In this document: positions 30,827 through 41,060 of the stretch, in pieces
Position numbering within the stretch: position 1 is the stretch's first letter
Layout: each line of letters begins with the position of its first letter
Made by a program: the position numbers and the translations under genes
The notes under the pieces: model-generated
What the model was told of the DNA's origin: nothing
Database searches by the model: none
What the model saw: only the letters and a program-made list of their open reading frames with translations
DNA from: Escherichia coli
GTDB taxonomy: Bacteria; Pseudomonadota; Gammaproteobacteria; Enterobacterales; Enterobacteriaceae
Assembly (NCBI RefSeq): GCF_016026235.1
Contig: NZ_CP065613.1
Direction: 5' to 3' (one strand)
DNA length: 64,000 nt

Positions 30827-31289
30827 AGTGCTCCTGGATTTTCTCTTTCTGGACATTGCCGTCTCCACTGGTTTAAACACGGCAATGAAGACTGTGGTGA
30901 AAAGAGTTAATTCCCGGAGTGACTGGCAGGATGCCAATCAATGATCGGAAGCATGCCAAATCGTGATCGATTTAGATGCCAAACCATGATCGATTCAGAT
31001 GCCATTTTGCACTTAGATCCTTGTTCACCAGAAAGTTTCATCCATTTTCTTCCACCCAAGTTGCGGAAGAACCACTTTTCATCCGTCGTTGACAGCTGTG
31101 AAGTATGCGGGAGAAAAAGCGAATATCTAACTGTAATAACTCAGGCCGGTACGAGTACTCGGGACGTCTACAATCATTCAGGGCAAAGTGCTAAAATTTC
31201 TCTATCCCGGGATGCCCCTACCAACGCAGCACTCCAGGAGATATCATTACAGCTCTGCAACTGATTTCCGCGACTGAACCGCTCAGTTC

Positions 31290-31694
31290 CTATCCTTCCA
31301 GTTGCCCTCCTGCAGCCCCCCTCTCCCTGCTGTATACCCCGGTACCACAACGCGGGCAGCACTTTTCCCCCTCATAATCTTCGTCACACATCACACAAAA
31401 CCACTTTCTCACCTTCACCGTATAATCCGGAACCGTCATGCCCTGCAGATGCAAACGACGGGCCTCTTTCTCTGCCGGGTCAAGCCAGGTGCATCGCAGC
31501 AGGATTTTCGCAGCAACAGTCATCTGGTCATGTTCAAACCACGGCGGTTGTCCGTCATTGCCCCGCTTAAGTGTTAACGGACAACCACAGGACACACAGC
31601 ACAAAACGTCCTGTCGGTTGTTCTTCGCGGCTTCTTTCGCCGTAACAAAATGGCCTTTGCTGTCATTCGCCATATAGCAGTTCAGAATTCGCAT
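31290..31694 (-). CDS. Hypothetical Cys-rich (putative zinc-binding) protein, paralogue A
   Basis: 134-aa ORF with CxxC...PWFEH...WFCxxC...CCPRC arrangement; paralogous to the ORF at 32852-33256. Confidence 0.5.
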   Translation of the reverse strand: MRILNCYMANDSKGHFVTAKEAAKNNRQDVLCCVSCGCPLTLKRGNDGQPPWFEHDQMTVAAKILLRCTWLDPAEKEARRLHLQGMTVPDYTVKVRKWFCVMCDEDYEGEKCCPRCGTGVYSRERGAAGGQLEG

Positions 31695-31879
31695 ATCTCC
31701 TCCTTGTATCTTGACAATTGGTTAAAATAACTGTGATTAGATTTGGCAAGGTGTATGCAGCCCGATCCCTCAAGGGGTTCATAGCCCGTAGCTCAGCGAA
31801 TGGCGCATACACTGAGCCACTCATCAGAAACCCGAACAGTTGTCAGTACGCCATAACGCATTTGCAAGGATGGGTAATC

Positions 31880-32848
<969 letters not shown>

Positions 32849-32851
32849 TTT

Positions 32852-33256
32852 TTACGTGCAAGACAGTTGCTGAGCTGTCCGGGGAAGACTGAATCCTCCG
32901 GTCTGGCAGTGTGTGCAGTACCACTCCCCATAATAATCGTGGTGACATTGTCTGCAGTGCCAGCTGGCTTTACGCACCACGGGTAAGGCATCCGGTACGA
33001 ATTGCTGCAGACGTTTAATCAACTGTATTTCTCTGCGCTCCGGCCTGACATAAGGGCACTGTTGACCGTGCTCTGTCAGCCTGTCGTCAGTGTGTTCAAA
33101 CCAAGGAAGTTCAGTGTCGTATTGCGGATGGTATCTGAGTGCACTGCCACACAAGTGGCAGGTGTAGTTAGCATAAGGTGCGGCCTGTGCTGTACGGGCG
33201 CCCGTCAGACGTCCGTTGCCATCAAGAGCGATAAAGGATTTTGCGTACATAGTCAT
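32852..33256 (-). CDS. Hypothetical Cys-rich (putative zinc-binding) protein, paralogue B
   Basis: 134-aa ORF with CHLC...PWFEH...WHCRQC...CTHC; same cysteine architecture as paralogue A. Confidence 0.5.
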   Translation of the reverse strand: MTMYAKSFIALDGNGRLTGARTAQAAPYANYTCHLCGSALRYHPQYDTELPWFEHTDDRLTEHGQQCPYVRPERREIQLIKRLQQFVPDALPVVRKASWHCRQCHHDYYGEWYCTHCQTGGFSLPRTAQQLSCT

Positions 33257-33415
33257 ATTCCTCAGCCGCCAGACGACACGCAGGCAACAGCCGTCCCGGT
33301 ACGGGCAGCGTGGTCCGGTGTGAATGGCGGTTTCAGTTCAGTCTCAGAAGGGAAAATCAGTGTGGTGGCCGTGAACACGTCATCACACTGAAGTCAGATA
33401 ACTCGTCTGTCTGGC

Positions 33416-33985
33416 TCAGCCACGACTGCAGCCAAAGTTGCGCTCACCGGTGCAGTGAGCTTTGGTATGCTCCTTCGCCAGATAGTCAGCACGTTCCAGC
33501 ACTTGCTGAAAGCCGGTGTCATCATTACGCGCCAGCCACACCGCCGGCCAGGCCGGAAAATGCACCAGCGTGGCATGGCACCCGACATCCACTCCCAGGG
33601 CACTGCACCACGCCTGTTTAATCATCCCGGCCAGTGATCCCGGAGCGCGGTAATCACCGGCACGACACCAGGTATCCCGGTTGACCAGCAGCATCAGGTG
33701 ATAGTGTTTTTTACCTTTGCACTCCCCAAACTCCCGGGCCCAGACGTAATGCAGGGTTGTGGGATGCACGCGTTTACCTTCCCGATGCTTACGTTTCTGG
33801 TAAGCGTCGATTCGGGCTTTCAGGGCATTGATGAAGCGGGATATCACAGCTGCGTCCGTTGCTGCCGGTACATCCGGGAGACGCAGGTCAACCCGCAATG
33901 CCGTCAGGCGGGGATGAACATTCAGTGCGTGCCGCACCGTCTCACGAATACGTTGCTGCCAGAAGGGGTTGTATTTGTAGGTCAT
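33416..33985 (-). CDS. YagK/YfjJ-family (inovirus Gp2-like) prophage protein
   Basis: Product starting MTYKYNPFWQQRIRETV... resembles the CP4-type YagK/YfjJ family; assigned from memory only. Confidence 0.55.
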   Translation of the reverse strand: MTYKYNPFWQQRIRETVRHALNVHPRLTALRVDLRLPDVPAATDAAVISRFINALKARIDAYQKRKHREGKRVHPTTLHYVWAREFGECKGKKHYHLMLLVNRDTWCRAGDYRAPGSLAGMIKQAWCSALGVDVGCHATLVHFPAWPAVWLARNDDTGFQQVLERADYLAKEHTKAHCTGERNFGCSRG

Positions 33986-34183
33986 GGTTAAATCTCCGTA
34001 TGGTTCATACGGAATAGCCACGTCGTAAAAAATGCGCAGAGTCCCTGAAGTGACCTCCGGCAGGACACTGTCTCAGGCACTCTGTGATAACCCGAACGGT
34101 CGTCTCCGGACTGACGGTTGAATTTTCAGCGTTGTTTTTTAATGTAAAAAACCGGTTACGGGTAAGGCTGTGAGGAGGGAGTT

Positions 34184-34384
34184 ATGGTGATACGCAAAAA
34201 GAAGTGCAGGGACTGTGGAAACGCGATTACTCATAATACAGTGTGTTGCCCGTATTGTGGTTCTGTCGACCCCTTCGGCTACTACCGGAATACAGACCGT
34301 ATCGTTACCATACTGCTGGCGCTGATTATTGTGGTCCTGCTGACTACTGTCAGCGTCAGTGTGTGTATACTGTGTAGCTGGTGA
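34184..34384 (+). CDS. Small zinc-ribbon protein with a C-terminal transmembrane helix
   Basis: 66-aa ORF preceded by a strong Shine-Dalgarno (gaggagggag). CRDCGN...CCPYCGS zinc-ribbon followed by a hydrophobic segment IVTILLALIIVVLLTTVSVSVCIL. Confidence 0.4.
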   Translation: MVIRKKKCRDCGNAITHNTVCCPYCGSVDPFGYYRNTDRIVTILLALIIVVLLTTVSVSVCILCSW

Positions 34385-35614
34385 GATAACGGTTCATGTA
34401 TCCCCTGAGCTGACAGTGTACCGTGTATATTAAGCGTAACCGACAGGTTCTCCTTCATACCATATTAAATTTTTCCAGGTATTGCCGCTGCCTTATTTCG
34501 TCCCATACAGGAAAACTCATCTGGGTTTCTGACAAATACGCGAAACTCACAGCCCCTCAATATCAACCACACGTTGTAAGCCGGTAATACCTGAAAATCA
34601 GCCTATTACCGCCCACGCCTCCGGCACCATTCCCTTTTGATTTCGAATTCTTTGTTGTCGCTATACCGCTTAATGTTCCCGGTCCTCCGGTGCAGATAAC
34701 ACCGGAGTCATCGTAGCGCTGCTTCAATATTCAGGTGACATATTTCCAGACAGAAGCCGGCGCGCGATCGTAAAGTTTGTTCATTGTCAGTTCTGCCAGC
34801 CGGTTGTCAACGGCAGAGTTAAAGGCTTCCAGCTCCGCAAGGGTAAGTTTATAACGCGTGTGGGAATTCACTTTTCCCGCGTCTCCTGACGTATTACGGG
34901 CTGCCACTTACCTGGTGTCCCGCAATACAGCCTTAGTGTTCCGTTATCGGGGATCCGGACGCACCGCAACAACCGGGGAAGTATTTCTGGTTTAGAGCAG
35001 TGTCAAGAGGGATTTCTCAGCCCCTCACTCACCGGCTCAGTCTCAAGGCAGGAGAATTAATACGCTCAGTTCATGTCTTATACAGGAATGGGCACAGGGG
35101 GAGCTAGCGTGTCACTGCTGATTTTACGCATCAGCGTTCATGTATCTGCACTCTGATACATGAACGATTCACAGCGCTCTGTTACCGGAGAGATTTACTC
35201 TCTTAGCTTACTCTGGCAAATCCTTTACGTTACTCTCTGATGACTTCTTATATTTATAATACCAATCAGACAGCCTTATCCCATCGGTGATATCAGTCTC
35301 CTCCTCGCCAGGAACGGGCTGACTCACTGTAACCACCTCCGAAAACAACTCTGCAATTATCAGAACGCCTGCTTCTCTCCCTGTCCTCACGAAAACTATC
35401 CCCTCTTTATCGCGCGTGCGTGCGGAAGCATCTTTTCGCAACAACCACCCAGTATACCGGTACGGCTCAGCCACCGCAACCTCCCCGTTTATCTCCTGGC
35501 GGTCACATTCCCGATTATTTTTTACGTTTCTCCCCGGTTGTTATGCCGGTGAAGGTGGCGCGCTGTTTTCATGACCACACCGGCTGGTTTAACAACATCC
35601 GGAGGAACATTCTC

Positions 35615-35821
35615 ATGGCTACCCCAGTTTCACTGATGGATGACCAGATGGTCGACATGGCATTTATCACTCAACTGACCGGCCTGACAGATAAGTGGTT
35701 TTACAGGCTCATCAGGGATGGGGCCTTTCCGGCTCCCATCAAGCTGGGCCGCAGCTCCCGCTGGCTGAAAAGTGAAGTGGAAGCCTGGCTGCAGGCGCGT
35801 ATTGCACAGCCCCGCCCGTAA
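35615..35821 (+). CDS. alpA: AlpA-family phage/prophage transcriptional regulator
   Basis: 68-aa product with the AlpA pattern ...ITQLTGLTDKWFYRLIRDGAFPAPIKLGRSSRWLKSEVEAWL... Confidence 0.7.
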   Translation: MATPVSLMDDQMVDMAFITQLTGLTDKWFYRLIRDGAFPAPIKLGRSSRWLKSEVEAWLQARIAQPRP

Positions 35822-35909
35822 TTTCTGACCGTTATCCGTTCACCCGCAGCAGACGTAATCCCCGGCCTGCCGGCGGCATTCTGCTGCCTGTTATATCCCC
35901 GTGAGGAAT

Positions 35910-36518
35910 ATGAAAATGAAACAACAGTATCAGACCCGCTACGAATGGCTCCACGAAAGCTACCAGAAATGGCTGACCGGCTTCACCCGGCACGCCGTAT
36001 CCTGGGGCGTGTGTCATCCGAATATCTACTACTTCCATAATCTGACGCCCGGTTGGGTGTCATTCAATGGTGAAAAACCGGAGATTGCCATCGTACCCCA
36101 GAGCCTGCACCGGCTGATTTATGGCCCTGACAAACGGGCCACGCCGCCCCTGGATGATGATCTGATCGTGAATTTATGCACCAGTGAACATCTGCTGGTT
36201 CATCATCCGATGCTGGAAGGCATTCTCCTGTCTGAATGTGAACGTCTGAGGCAGCGTTCTCTGGCAAATAAACTGATCAGCCTCTTCCGTCAGTTTGGTG
36301 GCACGGAGTTGCGCCTCAAACTGGTCTGGCTTTGCTGGCTTGATTTAATGACCGGAAACAGCCTTGAAGACTGGAAAGAGAACCTGAAACGGAAATCAGA
36401 AAAAGAGCTGGAGGAATGGATCATCAACCGTCAGAGGCAGAGCGCAGCACTGACGGATCTGATGGATCAGTACGTGCTCCTGGCATACCGCACAACGGTT
36501 GACGATAACCGCAACTGA
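35910..36518 (+). CDS. Hypothetical protein (island-encoded)
   Basis: About 200-aa ORF directly downstream of alpA with a Shine-Dalgarno (gagga) upstream of tandem ATGs; no recognisable domain. Confidence 0.5.
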   Translation: MKMKQQYQTRYEWLHESYQKWLTGFTRHAVSWGVCHPNIYYFHNLTPGWVSFNGEKPEIAIVPQSLHRLIYGPDKRATPPLDDDLIVNLCTSEHLLVHHPMLEGILLSECERLRQRSLANKLISLFRQFGGTELRLKLVWLCWLDLMTGNSLEDWKENLKRKSEKELEEWIINRQRQSAALTDLMDQYVLLAYRTTVDDNRN

Positions 36519-37718
36519 TGCCGGTTGCTTCCGGAAGGTGTGACAAAATACGGAAATGATGATGCTCCCGGCCCCGCATGCTCACCTGCAGAGCGTGTTC
36601 GTCGTCATCATACTGAGCCATGACGGGCGTCTTAAGGGCATCCTGTCATTGCTGAGCAGGCAACACCACCAGAGGAGCCACGGACAGGGATGTTCTTTAC
36701 AGCCCGATGCACGCCAGGTTCTCAGCAGACTGAATGTGCAGGTGCGGTTATTCACCAGAAATGGCATGCTGCGGTACATACCCATCCTGGTGACAATATG
36801 TACGTGGCGACAGCGATCCCGGCACTGTGGAAGAGACTCACTCAGCCTGCAGGATATTCTTTCCGGCATCCGGGAATGTCCGCCTGAATGCAAACAGGAT
36901 GATATTTGAATCCGTAATACTGTTCTTTCATCATAAATAATTTATGCAGATACAGTTAACCGTCACAGTAGCAGGTTTGTTTTCCCGGGAAATAATATCC
37001 GTCAGACTGATGCCGGAACATATCTGAAACACGTTATGATGTTTTGTTATCAGAAATGTTGTATATTCTTATCCGTGACGGCAGTTTAATGCCCTCTGGT
37101 ATCACCTGATAATGCATATCCTGCGATGATTCGTTATATTTACGGGACACGTCTCTTTTCATTGTGCTCCTTTTCAGACTTCATTTTCCATAAGTGTTCC
37201 CCGGCATAAAGGAGGTACCTTTCTGGCGTTTATAACTCTCTTTATCGGTGACGCCGGTAATACAGGGAATACCACACCGACAAACGAGGTATTAACGGAC
37301 GATATTTCAGTGTCCATAATTTTGCTGTCCGGTTAAATAACGTCAGTCTGCTGCCCTCTGACTGTAATCATCAAAGCCGGAATGCATACCGGGTTACAAC
37401 GTAAAAAAAGTGATGCTGGCCCCCGGTGCAGCTGGCGGGCGAAACATGTTTACCTTTCAATACCCCCTGTCTGCAGTCTCCACTCTTCCATCCTCTTAAG
37501 CTACGTCGGCCACATGAGTGCACTTCCATGATAACAGGTATTCCTGTCAGCATAACGAAGCCGGTTACCTTCCCTTCCTCCTGCATTTCCTATCAGAATG
37601 ACTGTACAGCGCGCAGATTGCCTTTTTATTGACCACCTTAATATACCATTATAAACTTCTTTTTATCATGTTATTATCACCTTATTATGTTTAATTTTTA
37701 AGCAGCCAGAGAAAGAGG

Positions 37719-38636
37719 ATGGTTCAGAAAATTTTGTCGGATAAGGTTATGAATGAAAGAACAAATGCGTATTACTCTTATTATCTTGGAGGGCGTAATA
37801 TCTCCGTACTGCCCCTTAATGTTTATGATCCCCCGGAACGTTTTATCGCTTACATAAAAAAAAACAGAGAAAATCTGAACATCACACTTTCAGATTTTGA
37901 ACTTGAACAAATAATTTCTGGTATGCGTCTGAAGGCCCTGGCCTTCCTGGTCCCCCTGGAAAAAATATCCTGGATCGCAGGCAGTGAACGCGCATGCTTA
38001 TTTTCCTGGTATCTGTTGATGCAGTTTATCCAGAATAACAGGGCAAAAATAAGCGCAGACTTGCTTCAAAAGAATAAACTGTATCTTAAAGAAGAGTATC
38101 TGGAAGGGAATGCCTTCCCGTCGGACTCATCGACACAGTTCAGACAAATACTCAGAGTTCTCGATATTCTTTCTGATAAGAATTTGCGGGATGAGTGGAT
38201 AATCCAGACCAAAGACAGATGGATACGGGCATTTAAATCAAAGAGTCCTTTCAGTTACCTCCTCCCGGAGAACGAACATGAATGCATATGGACATGGAAT
38301 TATTTGAAGGGAAAAAATATTGCACTGGAAAAACTGGCCAGTTTTCCTGATTCTGCTGATATTTACCACGCAATTCACCTTTCATTTGACATATGGGTTA
38401 CCTGTACACTCACCTCACCTGACGATATAAAAAATTTCAGAAACAGTTTCAATAAGGCCAAGGCGCAGCGCAAGTACAAAAAAATGCAGGAAGATAAAGT
38501 CAATGTACAGTTTTTTCTTGACGCAGAAACCAGGGCGCAGCTCAAAGAATTATCGAGGGTCAGAAGACTCAGTACCGGCGAAATGCTGCATGACCTGATT
38601 GTTGAAGAGTATAAAAGGTACCGACATTCCAGATAA
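37719..38636 (+). CDS. Hypothetical protein with a C-terminal ribbon-helix-helix-like motif
   Basis: 305-aa ORF, visibly AT-rich. C-terminus VNVQFFLDAETRAQLKELSRVRRLSTGEMLHDLIVEEY resembles an RHH (CopG/Arc-type) DNA-binding module. Confidence 0.5.
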   Translation: MVQKILSDKVMNERTNAYYSYYLGGRNISVLPLNVYDPPERFIAYIKKNRENLNITLSDFELEQIISGMRLKALAFLVPLEKISWIAGSERACLFSWYLLMQFIQNNRAKISADLLQKNKLYLKEEYLEGNAFPSDSSTQFRQILRVLDILSDKNLRDEWIIQTKDRWIRAFKSKSPFSYLLPENEHECIWTWNYLKGKNIALEKLASFPDSADIYHAIHLSFDIWVTCTLTSPDDIKNFRNSFNKAKAQRKYKKMQEDKVNVQFFLDAETRAQLKELSRVRRLSTGEMLHDLIVEEYKRYRHSR

Positions 38637-38905
38637 TTTCAGACATATATTATCTCCGTGAGTCCCCCGCCACCTTTCCGGTGTGCGGGGTTTTTGTCTT
38701 TTTTCACCGGGAATACATGTATGAATCCGTCTGATGCCATTGAGGCAATTGAAAAACCGCTCTCCTCCCTGCCTTACTCACTTTCCCGTCACATCCTGGA
38801 ACATCTGCGCAAACTCACCAGTCACGAACCCGTGATTGGCATTATGGGTAAAAGCGGGGCCGGTAAATCCTCACTCTGTAATGCACTGTTTCAGGGGGAG
38901 GTCAC

Positions 38906-40199
38906 CTGAGGGATCCCCAGAAAATTTAGTAAACCATTATCATATTGGTATACCGTTGCTGTAGAACTTTCAGCCCTGCGTCAAGTGACAGTGTGTTTAG
39001 TATGAGTGGAGAATGTCGAATCACATTCTCCGCCAGTTTTAATAACGAGATGACTCGCCTGTGCTTCACTGTATTTGCCTGATATTTATGATGTATCCCT
39101 TTGTTTTCCAGGCTGAAACCGCTTAACCACATAATGATACTGGCTAATGTTGCGATCAGACTCAATACCGTGACCCGCCCGGATGAATGACTGGCACCAA
39201 ACCGTAATCCAAATCCCCAGCGAGGATTTTTTTCATCCCTGAAATTTTGCTCAATTTGCATTCTACGGCTGTATAATTTCATTACCTGTTTTGGCGAGAA
39301 CTCAGTACTGTTTGTGAAAATAAACCATGGTGATTTCCCGGCAGTACGAGCTTTAGCCGTCACCGATGGTCTGGTTGCTCTTTCCTTCGAGCGTTTAAAT
39401 CAACGACCTTTAGGCTTACTTTTATAAAGATAAAAATGCCCTTCATGTTGTGCATTTTTATCTCGACCCAGCAGGCCTTCACCTAAATAAATTGCTGTCG
39501 TTGATGCTTTTGTGCCTGAGTCCGACACCTTTTCCCAGCCATTACCAACATTGTAATAATGATTGCCCAGTACCCGGCAAATATAGGTCCAGCCACGGGA
39601 GCGGAGCTGTTGGAACCATCGCCCCTGAAAACCGGCATCTGTAATAACAATGACATCAGTCCCGGGGGAAAAGCACTCAGCAAGCGATTCCAGAAAACGC
39701 TCATGTACATCTGCATTCGCTGTCTGTGATGATGGAACGACACAACTCATCAACGGTAAAGAACGCCCGTCACATGCCAGGCTTGCCCGCAAAAGCTGAA
39801 AACGAGAGGCATGATAAGCACTCCAGTCAATGAGTATCACAACACGAGACATTCCCCGCGTAATCTTTTGGGTAATTCGCTGAAAAATGGTGGAAACCTC
39901 ATTTTGCAAATGTCGATTCCCCAACAGTCGATCCACCCGCTTTATTTTGTTTTTAACTGATGCCGTACCGGTTAAATGACGCCCGATACTGGTAAGTGTG
40001 AGGGAAGCGCCATTTATTACAGCATTAGTTGCGTCAATCAGTGATTTTTGACGGTAAAGATGCAAAGGGGCCAGTATGTTGTTAAGGAAATTTTGGCATA
40101 ATGAACGTGCAGGCATAGTGGTGATCTCCTTGAAATTGTTAGCACAATCAATTAGATCACATCTCACTATGCCTGTCTTGTTTTCTGGGGATTCCTCAG
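38906..40199 (-). mobile_element. IS10-like IS4-family insertion sequence inside yeeP
   Basis: Terminal inverted repeats CTGAGGGATCCCCAGAAAA (38906-38924) and CTGAGGAATCCCCAGAAAA (reverse complement of 40181-40199). Flanking direct repeat GGGAGGTCAC at 38896-38905 and 40200-40209. Confidence 0.7.
38926..40116 (-). pseudogene. IS4-family (IS10-like) DDE transposase, in two frames
   Basis: Segments resemble the IS10 transposase (NKIKRVDRLLGNRHL; VIVITDAGFQGRWF; YSRRMQIEQNFRDEKNPRWGFGLRF) but are split between ORFs 39400-40116 and 38926-39363. Confidence 0.7.
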
Positions 40200-41009
40200 G
40201 GGAGGTCACCCCGGTCAGTGATGTTCACGCCGGCACCCGGGAAGTGCGGCGCTTCCGTCTGAGTGGCCACGGTCACAGCATGATTATCACTGACCTGCCC
40301 GGGGTGGGCGAGAGCCGGGACAGGGATGCAGAGTATGAAGCCCTGTACCGTGACATTCTGCCTGAACTTGACCTGGTACTGTGGCTGATTAAAGCCGATG
40401 ACCGTGCCCTGTCTGTGGATGAGTATTTCTGGCGACACATCCTGCACCGGGGACATCAGCAGGTGCTGTTTGTGGTGACGCAGGCCGACAAAACGGAGCC
40501 CTGCCATGAATGGGATATGGCCGGCATTCAGCCTTCTCCCGCACAGGCACAGAACATTCGTGAGAAAACAGATGCGGTATTCCGGCTGTTCCGGCCCGTA
40601 CATCCGGTTGTGGCCGTATCGGCCTGCACCGGCTGGGAACTGGATACGCTGGTCAGTGCGCTCATGACAGCGCTTCCCGACCATGCCGCCAGTCCCCTGA
40701 TGACCCGCCTGCAGGACGAGCTGCGCACGGAATCTGTCCGGTCTCAGGCCCGTGAACAGTTTACCGGTGCGGTGGACCGGATATTTGACACGGCGGAGAG
40801 CGTCTGTATTGCCTCTGTTGCACGCACGGTTCTGCGTGCCGTCCGTGACTCGGTGGTCTCTGTTGCCCGCGCTGTATGGAACTGGATTTTCTTCTGAACA
40901 GTCTGCCAGGGGAAATGCCTGATTACATTGCGTTAACCAACTGAAAACATGATACACCCCCCTCATATCCACCTCTTTCTCTTGCGTGACTGCCTTGCTG
41001 TTAATAGAA

Positions 41010-41060
41010 TAAAACGATCGATAAAACAGGTATCGATCGTTGATATCGATCGTTTATAGT
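41010..41060 (+). promoter_or_regulatory. flu (agn43) phase-variation switch: three GATC Dam sites in the OxyR-binding region
   Basis: GATC at 41016, 41035 and 41048, clustered about 220-250 bp upstream of the flu start codon, as described for the agn43 regulatory region. Confidence 0.6.

Larger units (their letters stand above)
28420..31011 (-). mobile_element. IS21-family insertion sequence (copy 1)
   Basis: istA-istB gene pair. Multiple subterminal repeats (cgatcacggattggcatc-type) at both ends; terminus TGCGTATT. Flanking direct repeat CTTAGAT at 28413-28419 and 31012-31018. Confidence 0.7.
25411..31080 (-). mobile_element. ISL3-family element, disrupted by nested IS2 and IS21-family insertions
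   Basis: Imperfect terminal inverted repeats: caaaagtggctcttccgcaacctaggtgaaga at 25411-25443 versus the reverse complement of 31046-31080 (gaaaagtggttcttccgcaacttgggtggaaga). Contains a frameshifted ISL3 transposase. Confidence 0.45.
38721..40897 (+). pseudogene. yeeP: CP4-type GTPase (YkfA/YfjP/YeeP family) disrupted by an IS10-like insertion
   Basis: N-terminal part with P-loop GIMGKSGAGKSS runs to 38905. The reading frame resumes after the IS at 40200 (…PVSDVHAGTREVRRFRLSGHGHSMIITDLPGVGE…). Confidence 0.75.

Noticed and set aside
28436-31011. Short direct repeats of ~18-20 bp clustered at 28436-28495 and 30928-31011 (and similar at 45600-45740) that could look like a small CRISPR-like array
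   Set aside because: They are the multiple subterminal transposase-binding repeats of IS21-family ends. Their spacing is irregular, they flank istAB genes, and no cas genes are present.
35208-35474. 88-codon minus-strand ORF between the zinc-ribbon gene and alpA
   Set aside because: No ribosome-binding site, no recognisable motif and atypical composition; left unannotated.
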